Shown here: positions 55,301-64,000 of the stretch, piece by piece
How positions within the stretch are numbered: position 1 is the stretch's first letter
Layout: every line of letters begins with the position of its first letter
Assembly (NCBI RefSeq): GCF_009914755.1
Contig: NC_060937.1
Direction: 5' to 3' (one strand)
DNA length: 64,000 nt
Source of the DNA: the human T2T-CHM13v2.0 reference genome, Homo sapiens
The notes under the pieces: generated by a model
Told to the model about the DNA's origin: nothing
The model's input: only the letters and a program-made list of their open reading frames with translations
The model's database searches: none
Translations under genes and position numbers: made by a program

Positions 55301-56902
55301 CACAGTTATATTAGTATTTGAATTGGTGCTTCTACCATATAAAACACATCCACACTATGAAATGTGAAATGATGGCCAGCTCAAACCTAAAGTATATCTT
55401 CTCAGTTCTATGCATTGCTCTTTGCAAGGAGTAGCATCTTTTTTTGTAAAGTTTTTATTTTATAGTGCCAAATACTTGCGATAATGGGTTGAAAAGAAAA
55501 CTTTTTTTGAAAGTTACTTCCGCCTTAGGTAAACCCTAACTATCCAGACTAGTAAGTGGGCACCAAGACTTCACTTTTATGCTTGGGCAATGACTCTGCT
55601 TGGGCTGTCTCTGAGCCTCCTCCCCCGCACTGTTCTCATTACCAACATTGAAATTGACTTATGAACACTTACTTGTGTCTGGCAATAGGACAGAAAGTAT
55701 CTGCATCCTCTCTAAATGTATAACCAAGGTGGGAGGACCCAGTATGAACAGGTAGCTGGCATCCTGAGGTATCTGTACCACTTTGGTATCTCTTAAATGA
55801 GAAACCCGGGACTCATCCCAGATGTTACGAATCTGAGATTCTGGAATGGGGCCCAGGGATGTGCCTTTCAGCAAGTTTCTAGGGTGATTCTGATGCATGC
55901 CAACATTTTAGAGCCACCTCCCTGGCCTTTAGGGACCAGGTCCCCACTTCCTAATGCTTTCTTCATGACTTTCTTCTAGTCTTAGATTTCTTTCATTAGT
56001 TTTTCATATTTGCTTTCTTTCAGCCTTTTCCAACAGCTGAAAGGACCTTCTCTCCTGCTTTTACAACCCAACACAGCCTTCTGGGCTTCTCTGCCTCTGC
56101 CATGTCTTCTCACATTCCATTAACCTATTGGCCTGCTCCTTGCTGAATGCTACCTCCTGCCTCTCCTGGAATGACACTGTGACTGAATGCTTGCGTAAAT
56201 CCTACAGGCAGTGTCTCCAAAACACATTGTCCTCAACTGCTCGATGTCGTTGTGCATTACTTTTCTTTGCAGCCATATGTCTGGAGAAAGTTTCTGCTAT
56301 GGCAGGCTTGTGGCTTGCACCCAGGAGAGGCCAGGCTGAACCTCTGGAACTAATTGCCCTTGACCGGGCCCTGCAAACAGCCTTTTCACTGTGGGAGAGG
56401 AGGCCCCTCCCACGTACACATGCTTACCACACCAGTCTCTAGATTCGCAGAGGCTTTTCTCCTTGGCGAGTGGCCAGGCATGCCTGCTTCCCTCTCTCAC
56501 TGCTGACGGATGAGCAAACAGTTCCTGTCTATTCTCCTAGAGGTAGAGAAAGGCAGGGACTCTGTCCTTGGCTTGCATCACCACTCATATCAGGCCACCC
56601 TCCACCCTTGCCCTCCCTTTTCAAGCCGCCCTTTTTTCCAGTGAACCAGAGGATACTCCAAATGTGCCCGACACAGACCTGTGAGGGGACTTCTCCACCT
56701 GGGTCTCACACGCTCCACTTAAACTACCTCCCTCTCACTTCTCCTTTCTTTGCTCCTTTATCATTGCCTATGTCAGTCACTTCCTGTCCACTACAGATTT
56801 TTATACTTTACTCCATTTTTGTTTTCTTCTCATTCCCACATTACTTTACCTCACCTCAACCCGTTTTGTCCTTCTTTCCCACCTAATAGGTGGGAAAAGA
56901 GG

Positions 56903-57064
56903 TAACCTTTCTCACATCCTCACAAAAAAAGTTTTTGCTTTGTTCATTAAAATGATTTGTTTTGCATTTCTGGTGAGTATAATTTTTCAGGTAGCAATAT
57001 TTTATTCTTACCAGTGCCTCCTTAAAAAGCCTTTGCAAGTGCTGAGGTGCCAGTTAAGCACTAT
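56903..57064 (+). repeat. Copy 1 of a ~162-bp local direct duplication; copy 2 is 58236-58709, interrupted by an Alu
   Basis: Hand alignment gives about 6 substitutions and one 2-nt indel. Confidence 0.95.
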
Positions 57065-57390
57065 ATGACAGCCATCATCCTCACATTACAGGCCAGTGGT
57101 TTTCAATCCTTTGTGCAGCGAATCACCTGGGGACTGTTTTAATAACACCAATGCCTGGGCATTAACCTGCGGCCATTGGTATGTGTACAAAGTTTCCCAG
57201 GTGATTCTCATGTGCAGACGGGGCTGTGAACCACACATTCACACCTTCTGCTCTACACCAGCATCAACTCTCCACATTGCCACAGTGCCTGGTATTTGCA
57301 AAATGCCACAGAATCCCTTAATTGTTTATTTCTCACAGTCTTATTGAGGAACTCTCAGGATGAGCCTCTTGTCATTGCTGAGAAAGCTGA

Positions 57391-57883
<493 letters not shown>

Positions 57884-58371
57884 TGAGCCTCTCTTCCAAA
57901 GAGAGTATCATAGTTAGCTTGGCAGTGCTTAGTCAGGCCCGACAGTGGAGAGGAAACGCAGAAGGAAGCCAAGGACTTATTTTCGGAATTCTCAATATTT
58001 CAGTGATTCAGATGGCTTCAGTTCACATTCTTCAACTGGACACATCATCACTTCTTTTTATCCCCAGAGTTTGAGTGCCACAAAATCTTGCTTTGACAAA
58101 CTCAGCATTAGTCTTGGAGTCCTTGGGCAGGGGAAATGCATGTATTTTATAAACTGTCCGGATGGATAAATTACAGCAATTTTTCCCTGGGAAAGAGTTG
58201 TTCAGACATTTAAACCCTCTATATATTGAGCATGATAACCTTTCTCACATCCCCACAAAAAAACAGTTTTTGCTTTGTTCATTAAAATGATTTGTTTTGC
58301 GTTTCTGGTGAGTATAATTTTTCAGGTAGCAATGTTTTATTCTTACCAGAGCCTCCTTAAAAATCCTCTGC

Positions 58372-58705
<334 letters not shown>

Positions 58706-58720
58706 CTATTAATCAAACAC

Positions 58721-59357
58721 TAAATGCTTTTTAAACAGCTCTACCTTTTTTTCTAATTGAGAAACAGAGCTGTTTGGGCAAGTTTATGAGGTGACCTTGA
58801 TTGAATTAAAGAGGTCAGCGATGGAACAGACTTCAAACCCATATTCAATGATTTTTAAAAAAATGACTTCCTTCCAATTAAGCAGAAATTAGCATAAAAT
58901 ATTTTGTTTCTGAAAGGTTAAAAGAATTCCTCTGAGAAGGCAGCTGTCTTGTTACTAGCTTTTTATTGAACATGAGAGGGAAGGGACTATGGATAGTTTC
59001 ATCTAAAGTGCTTTGTTAACATGACACTGATGATCCAGCATCGATTACAATATTCCTTAGGAGCCTAAGTGTTACGTAGAAGGGTCAAAAAGTCCATTTT
59101 AAATTTTATTTCCTATTTCAAAGTCCAAGAACCCAATGACTTTCAATTACTAAGAAAGAAAGAAAAGAAAGAAAGAAAAAAGAAAGAGAAAATTAAATCA
59201 ACATATAGTTTATCATTTGCAAAAATTGCAACCTAGTTCTACAGAAAAAAGCTTCAGTCGTTACCTCTTTAATTCAATCAAGGTCACCTCATAAACTTGC
59301 CCAAACAGCTCTGTTTCTTAATTAGAAAAAAAGGTAGAGCTGTTTAAAAAGCATTTA
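58721..59357. repeat. 95-bp inverted repeat (arms 58721-58815 and 59263-59357, 94/95 identical) with a 447-bp spacer
   Basis: Reverse-complement comparison by hand; the single mismatch is aattGag versus aattAag. Confidence 0.95.
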
Positions 59358-61939
59358 CTCATCTTCCTCTTAGCCCCATCCTTCTGCTTGCCATAGTCCC
59401 CCACATTTTAATGACCTGAAAGAACATCACCTTCTTCCTACCAAAAAGAGTAACATACAGAGTGTCTGATATATAATGATGGAAGCAGAATTCCACAGAG
59501 GGGAGGGGGCACCACACACAGGTGATACTTTGGGGACTACTGGGTGTATCTGAGGCACAGTCACCCTGAGAGACACACTCGACATAACATAGTGCTCTGC
59601 ATCCCACATATCTACCCCTGCCAACCTCAAAGAGTCGAGTGGACGTGGATTATATAGAGGAGAGAGGCACAGGAGTGCTAGAGAACGAGAAGGGGCTCTG
59701 AAGCCAGATACCAGCTATGAGGCTTAGGGCAAGAAACTAAACCTCCAAGAGACCTCAGGGTCCTTATCCAAAAAATGTAGTCAGTACTGTGAGGATTAAA
59801 TAGGTAATAGGGTTTTTTTTTTCTTCAAAATGAAAAAAATATCCCCCAACAGATTAAAAATTAGTTCTTCCTAGTTTTAATTTCCTATCCATTCATTTAA
59901 CAAAATCTTGCCCCCCTACCATGTACAATGTAGTGGGCTGGGCATTCTTTATGTTCAAGTTTATGCTCTCACACTTCTTTATGTTAGAGTTTATCTACTA
60001 GTTTTTGGCTATGACTTCGGAGGGCACAGTGGGCAGAGACTGTGAGGACCTGTGATCTGACACTATTCCAAGAAAAGCAGAACTGATGTTATGCTACGAG
60101 GATTTTTCAGAGGAGAGAAGCAACCCTCTCAGATCGAAGTCAGTGTCTCAGTCTTTCAAGACTTTGTTAGCTATTCTTTCCCCTTAATCTGGCACTGTAA
60201 AGAAGACAAAGGATATGGTCCCACACACATTGTGAGAATTTACTGAATATTTGTTGTTTTAATTTTATCACTGCTTTGTATTATGACATTGTTTAAGACA
60301 ATTCGTGGAGGCAAAGGATTAAGGGTAGAGAAATGGATGGCTTTAGGAGGCTCGGTAGATAAACTACACTAGAAAAGTCTAGTATTGCACATGGAGACAT
60401 TTCATAAACAACTGACTGGTAAATCACTACAAGAAAAATAAAATCTCTCATGGTACTTCCAAAATATCTTCTAAATATATGTTGTAGATTAAGTTGTGCC
60501 TGAAAACTTGTAATCACAAAAAAATCACAAGTATCAAATATAAACTTGTATTTATTCAGCAGCTCACCTGATCATTATTTGGGGGTACCAAAATTCATTT
60601 TTCTCATTAATTTATGACATTGGGGGAAGGGAGAAGACATATTACTTCCAAGATCAGAATTTCCCTGAGTCTGTGAATCTCAAGAAGATTGATATTACTG
60701 TAGATGAGGTCCCTCAGACTCTTATTTTAAAGCTATATTGGAGGCACATCTCATAAAGAAAAGCCTCGGGAATAGAGAAACAGGGAGAGGCACTTCAATA
60801 AGTCTTGAAATTAGATGGTGAGTCAATAAACTGGTGATCCTCAGGTAGGCTCTCCCAGACCCTGGGGGTGCAAAGAAAACATGGGATGAGATGGGAAATC
60901 AAAGGGCTGATATTGTAGCTCAGATCATTTCAGATCAACCATCAAGCATGTGCCTGAGGTTTGAGGAACGTCTTCATTTTTCTCTTTATCTTTTTGGGGA
61001 CTTATGAAATGGAAAACATGGGTTGTGACAGTGTGTATGGTTACCAAAGGAAACACATAACACAGCAGTGAACATCCCTATGCACTTCACCTCTTCAAAG
61101 CATTTCCTTTTCTTCTTTTTCTTGTCTAAAGCCATACAGCAGACTCTGCTTTCAGGAAATAAATGTCACTCAATTAGCAAATGGGTGGTACCAATTTCCA
61201 GAATAATTTTTAAGGGTGGCATTTCTGTTGGGATGGGCTTAAAAAGAGTTTGCTGGGTGCGTTGCCTATATTGAAGCAAATCTCCTTCTAGGCAGTGGGA
61301 AAATACAGAAAATGATGGGAAGACCAAGCAGAAGCCCCAGTCGGCTTTGTCTGGATTAACATTTTAAGGTAATAAGCATCTCCAGGCTACCTTTGCCTCT
61401 AAAAGGCATTATGGCACCATGTACACTGCAGGCACTCAAAATCCTTCGTTGATTTTATTTGGTTACTGACTCTTATGGTATCACTGAAGGCATTTGAAAG
61501 AGATTCTGGAGTCCTTTTCCCATAAAATTCAGTGGTGCCATAACAGGGTCATTAACCTGAAAAGGAGAAAGCTAGTATTGAGCTCTAGACTTTCCACTTA
61601 CGATCTTGGGTAAATAACGTAACTTCTCATCATTGCCAATCTCTCTGTGGGTAAGAACTCAACATTTCTGCCTGGTTTAGAACTTGAATTATTTCTTGGA
61701 TCCATTATTTAATATTTATACCAATATGATTAGCTCTTAGAATAGGAAATTATAAGATTATGTGGTCTGGGAAGGTAAGCATATTATGGTGAGTTAAATG
61801 TGGAAATTCCCTAATTTAAAGCAAAAGAAGGCAATTCAATAAACTATCATTATCTGATACTAGTTACTATTCCTTACTATTCTTGACTTTCCAGAATGAC
61901 TGAAAATGTCTAGGGAGTATTCCTCAATCAACATGGATT

Positions 61940-62320
61940 TTTTCATAGATTCTCCTAGGTAATTTATAAATTAATATTTATTGTAGTTTTAATTATTTAA
62001 ATAATACATGCATATATTGACATTTTTGAAATGCACAGAAAAAAAATCACTTGTAATTACACCATCTGGTGATAATCAGTCTGAATATTTTGACCTATAT
62101 CCTCACAGATTTTCCCCTAACATAAATTGTGAATATAACACATACACACACAATTGGAATTATCCATGCTGGTTTGTAACTGCTTTTATCACTTCACAAC
62201 ATATTGAGAACTTTCTTTCATTCCATTATATAGTCTAAACCATGGTTTCTTTCAAGACTGCTCATGGATATACATTAATTAATCAATACCCTAGTGTTCA
62301 ATGTTTAGATGTTTCTAAAT
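61940..62320 (-). mobile_element. Ancient L1ME-like remnant
   Basis: AT-rich antisense L1 3' motifs (tttgtaactgcttttatcacttcacaacatatt, ttaattaatcaatacccta). Confidence 0.45.
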
Positions 62321-64000
62321 TAATTCTGAGAACTGATAATTTAGGTAACTGCTTTGAGCTGCAATGACCAGCATGCCCCAAGTAGAAAGCAAGGGCCTTT
62401 GGGACACAGCAGCTCTAGAACTTAAAGGGGGCTCATTAAAGACCCTGCAATGCCCTGCCGGAAATGCTACAATTAATAGACTCTGTCTTGTAACTTTTGC
62501 TCCAGAAATGTTCTTCCTACTTCTCTGCTAGTGATGGGAGTCTAAAATAAAATTTTCTTTCTCTAGCCACTTCCTAGAAGGCTTCACACATTGTGTCCTG
62601 GAACTGGGGAGAAGAGTTGCTGAGCTCTTGCTCCCTCTTTGATATCAAGAGCATTCAGTCAAGTGAAAGAGAAGGGTCTCTAAGCCATTTAGATGTGGGA
62701 GAGCTTACTATAATAATAATTTCCTATAAACTTCAATTTCCAGGGCTTCTAAGTATCATATAATGGCAAGTAGAATTTCCAAGAAAGGGAAGGAAGTACT
62801 TACTTTTTAAATTAGTTATGTGGCTCTTAACTACCTACGGTTACTAGAATTCTACAAGACATCATCCTGTCTTCATTTTCTGTGTTCATGCAGTATCCCT
62901 AGCATCTTCAAGTCTTCGATTAACGAAGCTCATGTGCAACAGTGTTAGGAGTCAAGGTATAATAGCTTTATGTCACCTACTGTGTTTTGATGAACAATAC
63001 AGTATAAAAGCAGAGGAGAATTAGGACAATGATGTTCATCAACAGCACATCACTGTGCTAAGAGGCTGGTAACAGTGTATGTTTTAATGTGGCCTAGTAC
63101 TGATCCTTTTGGCCAGTGTCCTACTTTAACAATGTTACAGTCACACTTCAAGATTTCAGATGGAGAGGTAGAGAAGAAAATCAATAGATACTATTTTTCC
63201 ACTACCAACTGGCCTACATATATATAGCTTCTCTGCCATACTCACATTCAAGGGACCTAAAAGATGCCTTTGGAAGGTCTGGCCCAGTTACCATGCTTTT
63301 AATAACCTCAGGAATCTACTCTGACCACCTCAAAGATTTTAGCTTCATCTCTCAAAGGTCCACAGGAAAGAGCCTATGATCCAGGAAGAATACAAACTTA
63401 TTTGTTCTCTATTTTCTATTCCATTAATATATAAAAAGAAAACTTTTAACAAAGGCTTGCTTGTTACACAAGGACTCTTGTCTGAAACCAAAATCATGTA
63501 GAATTTTATTCCTGAGCCTTAAAAAATACACGGAAAAATACTTATGTAGTTAACTGTGCAAAAGAAAAAAATTAGAAGCCAAAACATTCTTCTGTAATGT
63601 TATAACACAATTTTGTTTTCTTCTTTATTCATTATTCTTAGTTGTTAGGTTTTCAAAAATGACCAGGTATTATTTTTATTCAAAAAACAACTTTCATTTT
63701 TTAAAATGTTACATGCTGCTAGAGCGCAATGAGGTGACCTACTGAAAGTGTTTTCTATGAGCATCTGCTAGAATCACAGGTGAGCATTTGACAAAATTCA
63801 TCGATGTTGTAAAGGGTAATCCGTTTTTCAAAATCAGAGATTCCTGAGTATTGCTTATAAATGAAAACGGAAAATCAGGAATAAATTCTACTGAAGAATT
63901 CTCTCCTGTGTTTAGGAAAGAACAACAACAATAAAAAGCTTACAAAGTTGCCCAGATTCTGTCATCTAAACTCCTTCAAAAAATATCCTGATTTTTTCTA

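Noticed and set aside
62981-63049. Imperfect hairpin (TTGATGAACA / TGTTCATCAA core)
   Set aside because: Only 10 bp are perfect in AT-rich DNA, close to chance expectation.

Overview
Primate (very likely human) genomic DNA lying wholly inside the ENOX1 gene (ecto-NOX disulfide-thiol exchanger 1), which runs on the minus strand. Three coding exons have canonical AG/GT ends and join in frame: 46798-46982 (185 nt), 17926-18033 (108 nt) and 13854-13910 (57 nt). Together they encode the C-terminal coiled-coil region (..LAAQAYALKEENDSLRWQLDAYRNEVELLKQ...QLLTIQEELNNKKSEL...LKGTKELVETNGHSHEDSN). The rest is intron containing L1s of several ages (one L1PA2-like with a perfect 17-bp TSD), nine Alus, L2, MIR, an MLT1 LTR, hAT DNA transposons (MER5, MER97-like), microsatellites and an ~850-bp ACC-periodic low-complexity tract. 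Nearly all ORFs in the supplied track are spurious. I found no new multi-gene system. The most unusual structure is at 56.9-59.4 kb: a ~162-bp direct duplication (one copy Alu-interrupted) joined by 11 nt to a 95-bp, 94/95-identical inverted repeat around a 447-bp spacer. Other leads are a candidate 27-nt in-frame microexon, a candidate poison exon, an isolated 18-bp-stem hairpin, an orphan TSD-flanked insert, and two independent L1 insertions at the homologous site of two ancient L1ME copies. Gene and repeat family names come from my recollection of consensus sequences, not from database searches.
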